NCBI RefSeq assembly: GCF_030028105.1
Contig: NC_092397.1
Coordinates: 30,223,097 to 30,287,096, forward strand
Direction of reading: 5' to 3'
Length of the DNA: 64,000 bases
DNA from: Mobula birostris
Lineage: Eukaryota
Below are positions 49,328 to 63,064 of the stretch, one piece after another (position 1 is the stretch's first letter; each line of letters begins with the position of its first letter). The position numbers and the translations under genes were made by a program. The notes beneath the pieces were generated by a model. It had not been told where the DNA came from and ran no database searches. It worked only from the letters and a program-made list of their open reading frames with translations.

Positions 49328-52300
49328 AAAACATAGAAAATAGTTGTAGGAGTAGGCTATTTGGCCCTTTGAGCCTGCACTGCCATTTATTATGATCATG
49401 GCTGATCATCCAACTCAGAACACCACCCCAGCCTTCCCTCCATACCCCCTGACCCCCGTAGCCACAAGGGCCATATCTAATTCCCTCTTAAATATAGCCA
49501 ATGAACTGGCCTCAACTGTTTCCTGTGGCAGAGAATTCCACAGATTCACCACTCTCTGTGTGAAGAAGTTTTTCCTAATTTCGGTCCTAAAAGGCTTCCC
49601 CTCTATCCTCAAACTGTGGCCCCTCGTTCTGGACTTCCCCAACATCGGGAACAATCTTCCTGCATCTAGCCTGTCCAATCCCTTTAGGATCTTATACATT
49701 TCAATCAGATCCCCCCTCAATCTTCTAAATTCCAACGAGTACAAGCCCAGTTCATCCAGTCTTTCTTCATATGAAAGTCCTGCCATCCCAGGAATCAATC
49801 TGGTGAACCTTCTTTGTACTCCCTCTATGGCAAGGATGTCTTTCCTCAGATTAGGGGACCAAAACTGCACACAATACTCCAGATGTGGTCTCACCAAGGC
49901 CTTGTACAACTGCAGTAGTACCTCCCTACTCCTGTACTCGAATCCTCTCGCTATAAATGCCAGCATACCATTCGCCTTTTTCACCGCCTGCTGTACCTGC
50001 ATGCCCACTTTCAATGACTGGTGTATAATGACACCCAGGTCTCATTGCACCTCCCCTTTTCCTAATGGGCCACCATTCAGATAATAATCCGTTTTCCCAT
50101 TTTTGCCACCAAAGTGGACAACTTCACATTTATCCACATTAAATTGCATCTGCCATGAATTTGCCCACTCACCCAACCTATCCAAGTCGCCCTGCATCCT
50201 CTTAGCATCCTCCTCACAGCTAACACTGCCACCCAGCTTCGTGTCATCCGCAAACTTGGAGATGCTGCATTTAATTCCCTCATCCAAGTCATTAATATAT
50301 ATTGTAAACAACTGGGGTCCCAGCACTGAGCCTTGCAGTACCCCACTAGTCACCACCTGCCATTCTGAAAAGGTCCTGTTTATTCCCACTCTTTGCTTCC
50401 TGTCTGCTAACCAATTCTCCACCCACACCAATACCTTACACCCAATACCGTGTGCTTTAAGTTTGCACACTAATCTCCTGTGTGGGATCTTATCAAAAGC
50501 CTTCTGAAAATCCAAATATACCACATCCACTGGTTCTCCCCTATCCACTCTACTAGTTACATCCTCAAAAAATTCTATGAGATTCGTCAGACATGATTTT
50601 CCTTTCACAAATCCATGCTGACTTTGTCCGATCATTTCACCACTTTCCAAATGTGCTGTTATCACATCCTTGATAACTGACTCCAGCAGTTTCCCCACCA
50701 CCGACGTTAGGATAACTGGTCTATAATTCCCCGGTTTCTCTCTCCCTCCTTTTTTAAAAAGTGGAGTTACATTAGCCACCCTCCAATCCTCAGGAACTAG
50801 TCCAGAATCTAACGAGTTTTGAAAAATTATCACTAATGCATCCACTATTTCTTGGGCTACTTCCTTAAGCACCCTGGGATGCAGACCATCTGGCCCTGGG
50901 GATTTATCTGCCTTCAATCCCTTCAATTTACCTAACACCACTTCCCTACTAACATGTATTTCGCTCAGTTCCTCCATCTCACTGGACCCTCTGTCCCCTA
51001 CTATTTCTGGAAGATTATTTATGTCCTCCTTAGTGAAGACAGAACCAAAGTAATTATTCAATTGGTCTGCCATGTCCTTGCTCCCCATAATCAATTCACC
51101 TGTTTCTGCTTGCAGGGGACCTACATTTGTCTTTACCAGTCTTTTCCTTTTTACATATCTATAAAAGCTTTTACAGTCCGTTTTTATGTTTCCTGCCAGT
51201 TTTCTCTCATAACCTTTTTTCCCCTTCCTAATTAAGCCCTTTGTCCTCCTCTGCTGAACTCTGAATTTCTCCCAGTCCTCAGGTGAGCCACTTTCTCTGG
51301 CTAATTTGTATGCTGCTTCTTTGGAATTGATACTATCCCTAATTTCTCTTGTCAGCCACGGGTGCACTACCTTCCTTGATTTATTCTTTTGCCAAACTGG
51401 GATGAACATTTGTTGCAGTTCATCCATGCAACCTTTAAATGCTTGCCATTGCATATCCACCGTCAATCCTTTAAGTGTCATTTGCCAGTCTGTCTTAGCT
51501 AATTCACATCTCATACCTTCAAAGTTACCCCTCTTTAAGTTCAGAACCTTTGTTTCTGAATTAACTATGTCATTCTCCATCTTAATGAAGAATTCCACCA
51601 TATTATGGTCACTCTTACCCAAGGGGCATCTCACGACAAGATTGCTAATTAACCCTTCCTCATTGCTCCAAACCCAGTCCAGAATAGCCTGCTCTCTAGT
51701 CGGTTCCTCGACATGTTGGTTCAAAAAACCATCCCGCATACATTCCAAGAAATCCTCTTCCTCAGCACCTTTACCAATTTGGTTCACCCAATCTACATGT
51801 AGATTGAAGTCACCCATTATAACTGCTGTTCCTTTATTGCACACATTTCTAATTTCCTGTTTAATACCATCTCCGACCTCACTACTACTGTTAGGTGGCC
51901 TGTACACCACTCCCACCAGCGTCTTCTGCCCCTTAGTGTTACGCAGCTCTACCCATATCGATTCCACATCTTCCCGGCTTATGTCCTTCCTTTCTATTGT
52001 GTTAATCTCTTCTTTAACCAGCAACGCCACCCCACCTCCCCTTCCTTCATGTCTTCCCTCCTGAATATTGAATATCCCTGAACGTTGAGCTCCCATCCCT
52101 GGTCACCCTGGAGCCAGGTCTCTGTGATCCCAACTATATCATAATCATTAATAACAATCTGCACTTTCAATTCATCCACCTTATTACGAATGCTCCTTGC
52201 ATTGACACACAAAGCCTTCAGGCGCTCTTTTACAACTCTCTTAGCCCTTATACAATTATGCTGAAAAGTGGCCCTTTTTAATGCTTGCCCTGGATTTGTC

Positions 52301-53389
52301 GGCCTGCCGCTTTTACTTTTCTCCTTAGTACTTTTTGTTTCTACCCTCACTTTACACCTCTCTGCCTCTCTGCACTGGTTCCCATCCCCCTGTAGTGAAC
52401 TAACCTCCTCACGCCTAGCCTCTTTAATTTGATTCCCACCCCCCAACCATTCTAGTTTAAAGTCACCTCAGTAGCCCCCGCTAATCTCCCTGCCAGGATA
52501 TTGGTCCCCCTAGGATTCAAGTGCAACCCGTCCTTTTTGTACAGGTCACGCCTGCGCCAAAAGAGGTCCCAATGATCCAAAAACTTGAATCCCTGCCCCC
52601 TGCTCCAATCCCTCAGCCACGCATTTATCCTCCAACTCATCGCATTCCTACTCTCACTGTCGCGTGGCACAGGCAGTAATCCTGAGATTACTACCTTTGC
52701 GGTCCTTTTTCTCAACTCCCTTCCTAGCTCCCTATATTCTCCTTTCAGGACCTCATCCCTTTTCCTACCTATGTCATTGGTACCTGTATGTACCACAACC
52801 TCTGGCTCCTCACCCTCCCACTTCAGGATATCTTGGACACGATCAGAAATATCCCGGACCCTGGCACCAGGGAGGCAAACTACCATCCAGGTCTCTGGAC
52901 TGCGTCCACAGAATCGCCTATCTGACCCCCTTACTATCGAGTCCCCTATCACAACTGCCCTCCTCTTCCTTGACCTACCCTTCTGAGCTACAGGGCCAGA
53001 CTCTGTGCTGGAGGCACGGCCACTGTCGCTTCTCCTGGGTAAGCTGTCCCCCCCAACAGTACTCAAACAGGAGTACCTGTTGTTAAGGGGCACAGCCACC
53101 GGGGTACTCCCTATTACCTGACATTTCCCCTTCCCCCTCCTAACCGTGACCCACTTATCTGCCTCCCGTGGCCCCGGCGTGACCACCTGCCTGCAACTTC
53201 TCTCTATCACCTCCTCACTCTCCCTGACCAGACGAAGGTCATCGAGCTGCAGCTCCAGTTCCGTAACGCGGTCCCTTAGGAGCTGCATCTCGCAAGCGCC
53301 AAGCAGATGTAGACGTCCGGGAGGCTTGTAGACTCCAGGGCCTCCCACATCCGACACCGAGAACAGCAAACTGCCCTCACACTCATACA
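49328..53389 (-). mobile_element. Young, near-complete CR1 LINE (SGNH esterase ORF1 and EN-RT ORF2)
   Basis: ORF1 ATG at 53386 (MSVRAVCCSRC), VIGDSIVRG, VHTGTNDIG, DGLHLN; ORF2 51994-52446 / 50042-52096 / 49415-50014 with one frameshift and one nonsense codon. Confidence 0.96.
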
Positions 53390-53831
53390 AAAGACGAGGA
53401 ATAGATTTAAAAGGTGGGGGTAGGGGTGAGAGAAAACAAGGTGATCGGTGAACCCTGAAAGGGGAGGAAAAAAGTAAAGAGCTGGGAAGTTGATTGGTGA
53501 AAGAGAGAGAAGGCCATGGAAGAAAAGGGGGGAGGAGCACAAGAGAGAGGTGATGGGTGGGCAAGATGAGAGAAGAAAAGGGGATGAGAATTGGTGAGGG
53601 GGGGGCGGAAGCATTACCAGAAGTTTGAAAATTTAATGTTCATGCTATCAGTTCGAAAGTTACCCAGACAGAAAATATTGTTCTTCCAAGCTGTGTAGCC
53701 TCATCACATTGTATGATTTTATTTAAAAAGCAAACTTGATTTAATCAAAGAGTTCAATTGTAAGAATGAGTCTCTAAGAACGTTATAAATTTAGACTGCA
53801 TGAGAGATTGGAAGACACATTGTGAAGTCCA

Positions 53832-54230
53832 ACTCTCACACTGTACCAGAGACTGACAGGTACAGAATGAACCCTACACTCTCACACTGTACCAGAGACT
53901 GACAGGTACAGAATGAACCCCATACTCTCACACTGTACCAGAGACTGACAGGTACAGAATGAACCCTACACTCTCACACTGTACCAGAGACTGACAGGTA
54001 CAGAATGAACCCCATACTCTCACACTGTACCAGAGACTGACAGGTACAGACTGAACCCCATGCTCTCACACTGTACCAGAGACTGACAGGTACAGACTGA
54101 ACCCCACACACACTGTACCAGAGACTGACAGGGACAGAATGAACCCCACACTCTCACACTGTACCAGAGACCGACGGGTGCAGAATGAACGCCATACTCT
54201 TACACTGTACCAGAGACTGACGGGTACAGA
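53832..54230 (-). repeat. 46-bp minisatellite (~8.5 copies), inverted relative to 1-420
   Basis: Unit ACTCTCACACTGTACCAGAGACTGACAGGTACAGAATGAACCCCAC is the reverse complement of the unit at the window start. Confidence 0.95.
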
Positions 54231-54739
54231 CATTCTGTTGTTTAACAAACCTGGACAACCCTCATCACCATCTCAGTACAGCACCACTTTGACCACTTTA
54301 TACTACAATGGACTCTTGTTCAAATTCTGTTACCTGTTTGTAATTCTGTAGAGTATGCTTTTATTTTGTGAATGGTGTGTCTCTGAAACTGTGTGTCTAT
54401 GAATCTGCTCCAAGCAAGTTGCAAATGACAATAAACGACTTTCAACCTCACACAGAAATGGGTCTCATGATGACAATTGGACCTGCGATCTCCTGCTGCC
54501 CTGTTTCATTACATAAACGTTTTATATTATTGAGTGTGTGTTTTTCTCATTCCTTCTGCTTTTCTAGCAGACACAATGAGCCAAATGCCGAATACTGCTC
54601 CTGTGCCTTATGGTCCATTTTGTATGTTAGATTTCCTTCCTGAGGAATTAACCGGCAGCGGCAACTCACCAGATCAGCGCCAGATCCCAGTCCGCAGTTT
54701 TACCCAACCGAACACGGGGCAGTTCAGAGAGAGAGAGTT

Positions 54740-54926
54740 CTGATTGGTTGTACGTGTGCCTTCAGAGAGCCAATCAAATGACTTTACTGTATGAATAGAA
54801 TCTTCAAATAGCCATTGGGAATCCAAGGCCTCCCATTCCTCATTAGCATACTGTTCCGGGCGCTGCCTATTTAATTCGTGCTCCGAGTGAGTTCTGCTAC
54901 TTCAGGGTCTGAAACCGACAGAAGAA
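54740..54926 (+). promoter_or_regulatory. H2B promoter
   Basis: CCAAT boxes, octamer-like ATTAGCAT 54842-54849, TATTTAA 54868-54874. Confidence 0.75.
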
Positions 54927-55301
54927 ATGCCTGAGCCTGTGAAATCCGTTCCGAAGAAGGGCACCAAGAAAGTTTTGTCCAAACCAGCAGGCAAGGCAGG
55001 GAAGAAGCGCAAGAGGCTGAGGAAGGAGAGTTACTCCATCTACATCTACAAAGTGATGAAGCAGGTTCACCCCGATACTGGCATCTCCTCCAAGGCCATG
55101 AGCATCATGAACTCGTTCGTCAACGATATCTTCGAGAGAATCGGGGGCGAGGCTTCCCGCCTGGCCCACTACAACAAGCGGTCAACCATCACCTCACGGG
55201 AGATCCAGACCGCCGTGCGCCTGCTGCTGCCCGGGGAGCTGGCCAAGCACGCCGTGTCCGAAGGGACAAAGGCGGTGACCAAGTACACCAGCTCCAAGTA
55301 A
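54927..55301 (+). CDS. H2B: Histone H2B (intact)
   Basis: 124 aa [12 protein letters not shown]...[10 protein letters not shown]; intronless. Confidence 0.97.
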   Translation: MPEPVKSVPKKGTKKVLSKPAGKAGKKRKRLRKESYSIYIYKVMKQVHPDTGISSKAMSIMNSFVNDIFERIGGEASRLAHYNKRSTITSREIQTAVRLLLPGELAKHAVSEGTKAVTKYTSSK

Positions 55302-55332
55302 AGCTCTCCAGTGCGATGATCGAAAACAAAAC

Positions 55333-55353
55333 GGCTCTTTTAAGAGCCACTCA
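55333..55353 (+). terminator. Histone 3' stem-loop (H2B)
   Basis: GGCTCT TTTA AGAGCC ACTCA, with HDE-like AAGAGGGT downstream. Confidence 0.93.
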
Positions 55354-56204
55354 CAATTTCACTAAGAGGGTTATACTAAAATTTAGACACTAAATTGCAC
55401 ACATTTTATGTCTGGTGTCTTTTACAAGAGCTAAGGTAGAGTTCATCTCCGTATAATCCCGGTGTTTTACATTCCTCCCACTGCACTGACACGGACTTGT
55501 TACCTTCCCATCCTCATCAGTCCGCCCCTGCTGGTATCCATGTCGAGCGGAGGATTGCTGCCTTTGCTGTTTTAGCTGTGGGTTCAGGAGTTTGTTAGTT
55601 ACAGTTGGGTAACTTCTCTGAATATTATTTCAATGCGAGGCCTGAACGAGTTCATGATTGTTTCATAGAACATTTTTAAATTGCAGTCTAGAGGCTGGTC
55701 ACAGTTTGAGAAGAGCCGTTTGTCCATAACCTGATAACGTTTACACAATGACCGACCGCGGGCAGAAGCTGAGATTCAGTTTTACTCGGTTCCGTTACGG
55801 GTTGAAAGAAATTAGAGAATTGAGTTCCCAGATATTTCAATATCAACTACACTTGCATTAAATGTGCCCGGTTTCAGTAACGGGGAAGTACGAACACTCA
55901 GTCGTCAAACAGATCAGCAATTATTTAATTTCTGATTAAATTTGAACAAGAGATTTATTTTCTGGCGGGCTTTTTCGAAATTTCAGTGAACTTTGGGGAG
56001 GAGACGGTTACTTTCCGCGCTTCTACCTTTACGGACTGCTGATTGGTGATTAAGGCAGCTCTTCGATTGGGATATTTCTCTTCACCAATGAGAATAAGCA
56101 CGGTTACACCAATCACAAACATCAGTTTGCATTCTCAAAGAAGGTATAAAAAGGGCGAGATGGGGCGGGGCGAACATTCTTTCATTCTCGGTGGAGCAGT
56201 TACT

Positions 56205-56559
<355 letters not shown>

Positions 56560-56589
56560 AGCGACGTAAGCTGAACCTATTTACCCAAA

Positions 56590-56610
56590 GGCTCTTTTCA
56601 GAGCCACTCA
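56590..56610 (+). terminator. Histone 3' stem-loop (H2A)
   Basis: CCAAA-GGCTCT TTTC AGAGCC-ACTCA. Confidence 0.93.
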
Positions 56611-57399
56611 CGGTGTCTGTGGAAGGGCTGAGCAGCGGGTGATTTCCGTTCAGAGTAACTGGACTCTGTATCTGTCACAGTCACGACAGTTCAATGTCCG
56701 TCACGTTTCTTCCGCGAAGTAATCCGATATCTATCTGCACAGAAATCGGTCCGCTTCGGTCCTGACTCATTTCCCCTCTCTGCCGGCGCAATGCAGCTCT
56801 CCCCTTGCGGAGAGTCAGCGGGTTCACTCGGCCTCGGGTCGTGAAATTAATTTCCAGAGTCAGCCCCCGGACAGAGAATTTAATATCCGATCATTGTACG
56901 ACTCCGCTCTTCATGACCTAAATCCGCGTTGTCTGGGCTTGGCATTGCGGGTTGACCCGGGACCGTTCCGGTGTGCAGCAGGCGGGAACATCGCCTGTTC
57001 GTTGCCTCATGAGAATTCCCACCGCCTCACAGAACAATAATATTTACATTTATCTACAAAAGTGCATTTACCCTGTGGAACTGACAGTATTTACTGGAAA
57101 TCTCGTCCACCCAGGTCTCTGAAATATAAATGAATATTTTGCGAGAGAGTTTGGTCAGATCTCCCGAGAGGCTCCCTCTGTCAGGCGGTGGGTCGCTCTG
57201 AGAACAGACTTTGGTTTGTGCCAGGGAGGGGGTGGATGGGTCGAGGTCTCCAGCACCGAAGGACCCGTCACTTGTCGAGTCTGATTTCCCACAAAGAGGT
57301 TCAGTGTTGTCCTGTCTCTGGTAGGAACTTCGAAATACTGATTGAGAAGAATCTCCTGGGCACATTGAATAAATTCTGATCCACCAAACCCTTGGCATT

Positions 57400-59960
57400 A
57401 CGGCTGTCCCAGTCAGCGTGAGAGAAGTTGAAATGTCCCTCTATTACAACCTTGTTGACTCCTGATATTTGATGGCCAATAATACAATCCCATCAAAACA
57501 TCCTAGAACAGCACAGCACAGTACAGGCCTTTCAGCCCTCGATGTTGTGCCGACCCATAGATTCATTTTTTAAAAAAAAGTACTAAACACACACTACTCC
57601 GTAACCCTCTGTATTTCTTTCATCCATGTGCCTGTCCAAGAGGCTCTTAAATTACCCCTAATGTGTTAACCTCCACCACCGTCCCTGGCAAATCATTCCA
57701 GGCACCCACAACCCTCTTTAAAAAAAGAACTACCCCTGATGTCTGCCCTAAACTTCCCTCCCTTGACTTTGTCCATATGCCCTCTGGTGTTTGCTATCCC
57801 TTCCTTACTTCAATATTATTGGGACAATCTCCAAGTACCACTGAGATGTTCTCCCTGATCAAGCACATCTTTCCCTCCTCTTCCCTGCACTCCATCATAC
57901 CTGTAGCATTTGTAATGTGAAATGCGACAGGTATCTGTAGCATTTGTTGCCCCTCACACAACCATTTATTGTTTGCGATATAATACCCCAGCCTCGTGCA
58001 TGAATCCATGCCTGGGGCCATCTGCTGTTCATAAACACAGGACAGTACAGGGGTGACACTTTGGCTCTTCTCTACATATTCCTGTGCCTGTCTGAGATTT
58101 CCTTAAATACTCCTGTGTTCTCTGCCTCTGCCACCACCCCTGGCAGTGCATTCAAAACCTCCACTACTCTGTTTTCTTCACTTCCCTCCTCTGACCTTAA
58201 ATACATGCCAACTAGTAGAAGGCAATTCACGCCTGTGAAAAGTATTGCTAGGTATCTACATCAACAATGACCTGCAAAAATCTATAAATTTCTATCAACT
58301 CTCTCCTGAGCTGACGCCACTAGTGGAAAAAGCTCCAGCATGTACAGCCTCTCCTCACCGAACACCACCTCCAGACCAGACATCCTGGTAAACCACCTCT
58401 GCACCTGCTCCACAACCTCCACACGCTTCCAATAATGAGGTGACCAGAACTGAGCACTGTACTCTCAATGTGGCCTCACCAGCTCTTATAAACCTGTAAC
58501 ATCATGTCCTGGTGCTTGAACTCAATGCCTTGCCTGAGGAAGACAAACATGTCATACACGACTTCACCTCCCTGTCAACCTGTGCTCGCAGTTTCAGTGA
58601 GACTGTATGCTTGGACCCCATCATCCTTCTCTTTGTCAATACTGTTAATGTTCCTACCATATCAGCAACTGTTCAATATCCTGCTGTATTGTTTGGAACT
58701 CTTCTGTGCAATGCACAGTGTTCACAAATCTGTGTGCCATCTGTAAACCTACATTACCACATTTTTATCCACATCATTTATATCACGAGTAACCGAGGTC
58801 CCAGTACAAACATCTCTGGATCACGACTCATCACAGACCTCCACCCAGAACCGGACCCATGCACCACTAACCACTCCCTTCCATGGGAAAGACAATAGGC
58901 CACATCACTGTGGACCCATCCTAAACTCCTTGTTGAGCCTACCATGTGGGACCTTGTTGGACACCTCACCCTGTTTGATTTCAGCTTCCTAAACCTTACA
59001 AATGCTTTTTCCTCCTCCTTGACTAAATTAATTTCCTCTCTGATCATCCAAGGTTCCTGTACCTTGCTGACCTTGACCCTCCCTCTCACTGGAACAAACT
59101 GGCCCTGAAACACTGTGCAGCTGGTCTTTAAAAAAACTCCAAGTCAGATGTGGATTTGCCTCAAAATCCATCCTTACAACATTACTGTGCATGACATCAA
59201 ACTCAGCTTCAATCTCTCCATTCAGTGACTGGTGTTCCGGTTCACATCCCCCTGTCAATCTCGTTTCAGCCCTCCCAGGGAGCAGCAATGAACCTCATGA
59301 TACTGACCCCCCTCCAGTGAAGGTGCAAACCATCCCTCTTGTACAGGTCACCAGAAGAGGTTCCAATGATCCAGAATCCTGAAACCTGCCCCTGCTCCAG
59401 CTCCTCAGCCACACATTCATCTGCTCTAACTTTCTGTCCCTAACACCACTACCACACGGCACTGGGATTTACCTGGAGGTTATAACCCTTCAGGTCCCGC
59501 TCTTTAACTTCTTCCCTAACTCTCTATATTCACTGTGTGGCACCCCTTCCCTCTTCTGCCTGTCCATTAGAAACTGACATCAACCACCACCTCTGGCTGA
59601 ATGAACACTGCCCCCGCCCCTGTTCTGTATCTGCTCTGAGACGTCCCTGACCCTCGCACCAGGGAGGCAACACACCATCCAGAATCTCTCACTGACGTCC
59701 ACCAACTCATCTATCCATTTACCCAGAACGATCACCCTGGCTGACGGCCCTCACCCCGTAAGCTTCAGAGCCAGTCTCAGTGACAGGACATCCCCCAGCA
59801 GTAGCAAAAAGAGGTTCAGTGTTGCTGAGGGGAATGGCCACAGGAGCTTGCTGTACTGAGGGCCTGTTCCCGTTACCTCTCCTCGCAGTCACTCAGCTAC
59901 CTGCTGCCTGTACCTCAGGAGAGACCACCTCACTGAAACTCCAATCTGTAATACACTCAG
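57400..59960 (-). mobile_element. Old CR1 fragments
   Basis: CR1 tails at 57505 and 58040; RT, EN and ORF1 remnants (VQEPWMIRE; PGARVRDV-like at 59640). Confidence 0.7.
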
Positions 59961-59974
59961 TGCACTGTCTGGTC

Positions 59975-60875
59975 CTTTGGAAATCACAAGGTGCCGCACA
60001 TGAGGCTGCTTAACAAGTTAAGAACCCATGATATTACAGGAAAGATAATAGCTGATTTGCAGGAGTCAGAGTGGGAATAAAATGAGCCTTTTCTGGTTGC
60101 CTGCAGAGTTCTACAGCGATCAGTTTTTGGATCACTTCTTTTTATGCTATATGTCAGTAATTAGAATGATGGAATTGGTGGCTTTGCGGACAGTACAAAA
60201 ATACATGGAGAGGCAGATAGTGCTGAGCAAGCAGAGAGGCTACAGAAGGGCTGAGATGGATTAGGAGAATGGATATTTAATGGCAGATGGGATACAGCGT
60301 CTAGAGGACTAGAATAGAAGAGCCAAGGATGTAATGTTGAGGCTTTATGAGGCTCTGGTAAGGACTCACTTGGAGTATTGTGAGCAATTCTAGGCCCTTA
60401 TCTAAGAAAGGGTGTGAAGGTTCAGAGAACATTCACAAGAATGACTCTGGGATTGAAAAGGTTATCATATGAAGACCATTTGAATGTTCTGGGCCTGTAC
60501 TCACCAGAATTCAGATGAATGAGAAGGAATCTCATTGAAACCTCTCAAATGTAGAAAGGCCGTGGTCGAGTGGATATGGAGATGACGTTTCCAATGGAGG
60601 GGGAGTCTAGGATCAGAGGCCATGGCCTCAGAATAGAGGGACTTTAAACAGAGATGAGGAGGAATTTCCTTAGCCAGAGTGGAATTTGTTGCCAGAGGCT
60701 AATGTCGAGGCTGTCATTGAGTATATTTGAGGCAGAGGCTGCTAGTTTCTTGATTATTCAGGGCATGATGGATTACAGGGACTAATCAGGAGATTGGGGC
60801 TGACATGGAAATGGATGAAATGGCAGAGCAGACTCAATGGGCCAAAGTGACTAACTCTACTACATTTTATGGGCT
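59975..60875 (+). mobile_element. Degenerate CR1 3' half
   Basis: KVPHMRLL, LRLYEALVRTHLEYCEQF, LSYEDHL and the 3' UTR. Confidence 0.75.
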
Positions 60876-61368
60876 CACAATGGAAGAGCTCCATCCCAGA
60901 CAACAATTGGTAAATCTGCTCTACACTGTCCGGCAGGTTCATTCTGCTCCCGGGGATTGGCAGGGGGATGGGGACAAGAGCACCAGGTCACAGATTACAG
61001 TGCAATCATGTTCGTCCTACAGTGTGTCCACCAGAACAGCACCCAGTATGCAGTGGTGTGGGAAACCAAATATTATCAAACGGGTGCCTGACATCTCTTT
61101 GTTAATCTTCTATCTCTTTATTTTCTGCCATTAGCTCTCGCACCATCTCCTAGACTCACGGTGCTTTACCGATGAAGCTAAAATTCTCAGCAATCAGTTG
61201 CAGACATCCTACCTCTACCGGAAATTCCGGGATTCTCCCGCATATTAATAGCAGCTCCCTGATGCCCGCAAATTATATACAATATCCTGGAAATGAGAGG
61301 GACAGTGAGAGCGAGCATCCTGATTGGCCTCTCCTTGTGCTAAGTAGATCTATCAGTTTTCTCTGTGG

Positions 61369-63064
61369 CATTAACACGAGGAAATCTGCAGATGATGGAA
61401 TTTCAAGCAACACACATAAAAGTTGCTGGTGAACACAGTAGGCCAGGCAGCATCTCTAGGAAGAGAAACAGTCGATGTTTCGGGCCGAGACCCTTCGTCA
61501 GGACAAAGTGAAAGAAGAGCTAGTAAGAGATTTGAAAGGGGGAGGGGGAGATCTGAAATGATAGGAGAAGACAGGAGGGAAGGGATGGAGCCAAGAGCTG
61601 GACAGTTGATTGGCAGAAGGGATATGAGAGGTTCATGGGACAGGAGGCCCAGGGAGAATGAAAAGGGGGAGGGCGGAAACCAGAGGATGGGCAAGGGGGA
61701 TAGTGAGGGGAACAGAGGGAGAAAAAGAATGTGTGTATATAAAAAAATAACGGATGGGGTACACGTGGAAGGTGGGGCATTAGCGGAAGTTAGAGAAGTC
61801 GATGTTCATGCCATCAGGTTGGAGGCTACCCAGACGGAATACAAGCTGTTGTTCCTCCAACCTGAGTGTGGCTTCATCTTGACAGTAGAGGGGGCCGTGT
61901 ATAGACATGTCAGAATGGGAATGAGACGTGGAATTAAAATGCGCGGCCACGGGGCGATCCTGCTTTCTCTGGCGGACAGAGCGTAGGTGTTCAGCGAAAC
62001 AATCTCCCAGTCTGCGTCGAGTCTCGCCAATATATAAAAGGCCACATCGGGAGCACCGGACGCAGTATATCACCCCAGCTGACTCACAGGTGAAGTGTCG
62101 CCTCACCTGGAAGGACTGTCTGGGGCCCTGAATGGTGGTAAGGGAGGAAGTGTAAGGGCATGTGCAGCACTTGTTCCACTTACACGGATAAGTGCCAGGA
62201 GGGAGATCAGAGGGGAGGGATGAGGGGGACGAATGAACAAGGGCATCGCATAGGGAGCGATCCCTGGCGGGGGGGTGCAGAGAAAGATGTGCTTAGTGGT
62301 GGGATCCCGTCGGAGGTGGCGGAAGTTAAGGAGAATTATATGTTGGACTCGGAGGTTGGTGGGGTGGTAGGTGAGGACCAGGGGAACCCTATTCCTAGTG
62401 GGGGGGGGCGAACGGGAGGATGGAGTGAGAGCAGGTGTGAGTGAAATGGGGGAGAGGCGTTTGAGAGCCAAGTTGATGGTGGAGGAAGGGAAGCCCCTTT
62501 CTTTAAAAAAAGGAGGACATCTCCTCCATCCTGGAACGAAAAGCCTTATCCTGAGAGCAGATGCAGCGGAGACGAAGGAATTGCGAGAAGGGGATGGCGT
62601 TTTTGCAAGGGACAGGGTGAGAAGAGGAATAGTCCAGATAGCTGTGAGAGTCAGTTGGCTTATAGTAGACATCAGTGGATAAGCTGTCTCCAGAGATAGA
62701 GACAAAGTTGAGGAAGTCAACAAGCTCAGTATGCGTGCGGGAAGCAGCGCCAATGCAGTCGTAAATGTGGCGAAGGAAAAGTGGGGGACAGATACCAGAA
62801 TAGGTTTGGAACATAGATTGTTCCACAAAGCCAACAAAAAGGCAGGCATAGCTAGGACCCATACGGGTGCCCATGGCTACACCTTTAGTTCGGAGGAAGT
62901 GGGAGGAACCAAAGGGAGAAATTATTAAGAGTAAGGACTAATTCCGCTAGATGGAGCAGAGTGGTGGTAGAGGGGAACTGGTTTGGTCTGGAATCCAAAA
63001 AGAATCGGAGAGCTTTGAGACCTTCCTGATGCGGGATGGAAGTATATAGGGACTGGACATCCAA
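61369..63064 (-). mobile_element. Penelope-like retroelement (RT and GIY-YIG endonuclease), 5'-truncated, with pLTR
   Basis: MGTRMGPSYACLFVG (RT motif B), TDVYYKPTDSHSYL, FTCESAGVIYCVRCSRCGLLYIGET..RL..FAEH; TSD TTTCTCTGTGG at 61358-61368 and 63065-63075. Confidence 0.93.
61469..61504 (-). ncRNA. Minimal type I hammerhead ribozyme in the Penelope pLTR
   Basis: Minus strand GTC-CTGACGA-A-GGGT CTCG GCCC-GAAA-CA-TC-GAC; sense to the RT ORF. Confidence 0.72.

Noticed and set aside
49392-52064. Long plus-strand ORFs (230 and 252 aa)
   Set aside because: Antisense shadows of CR1 ORF2
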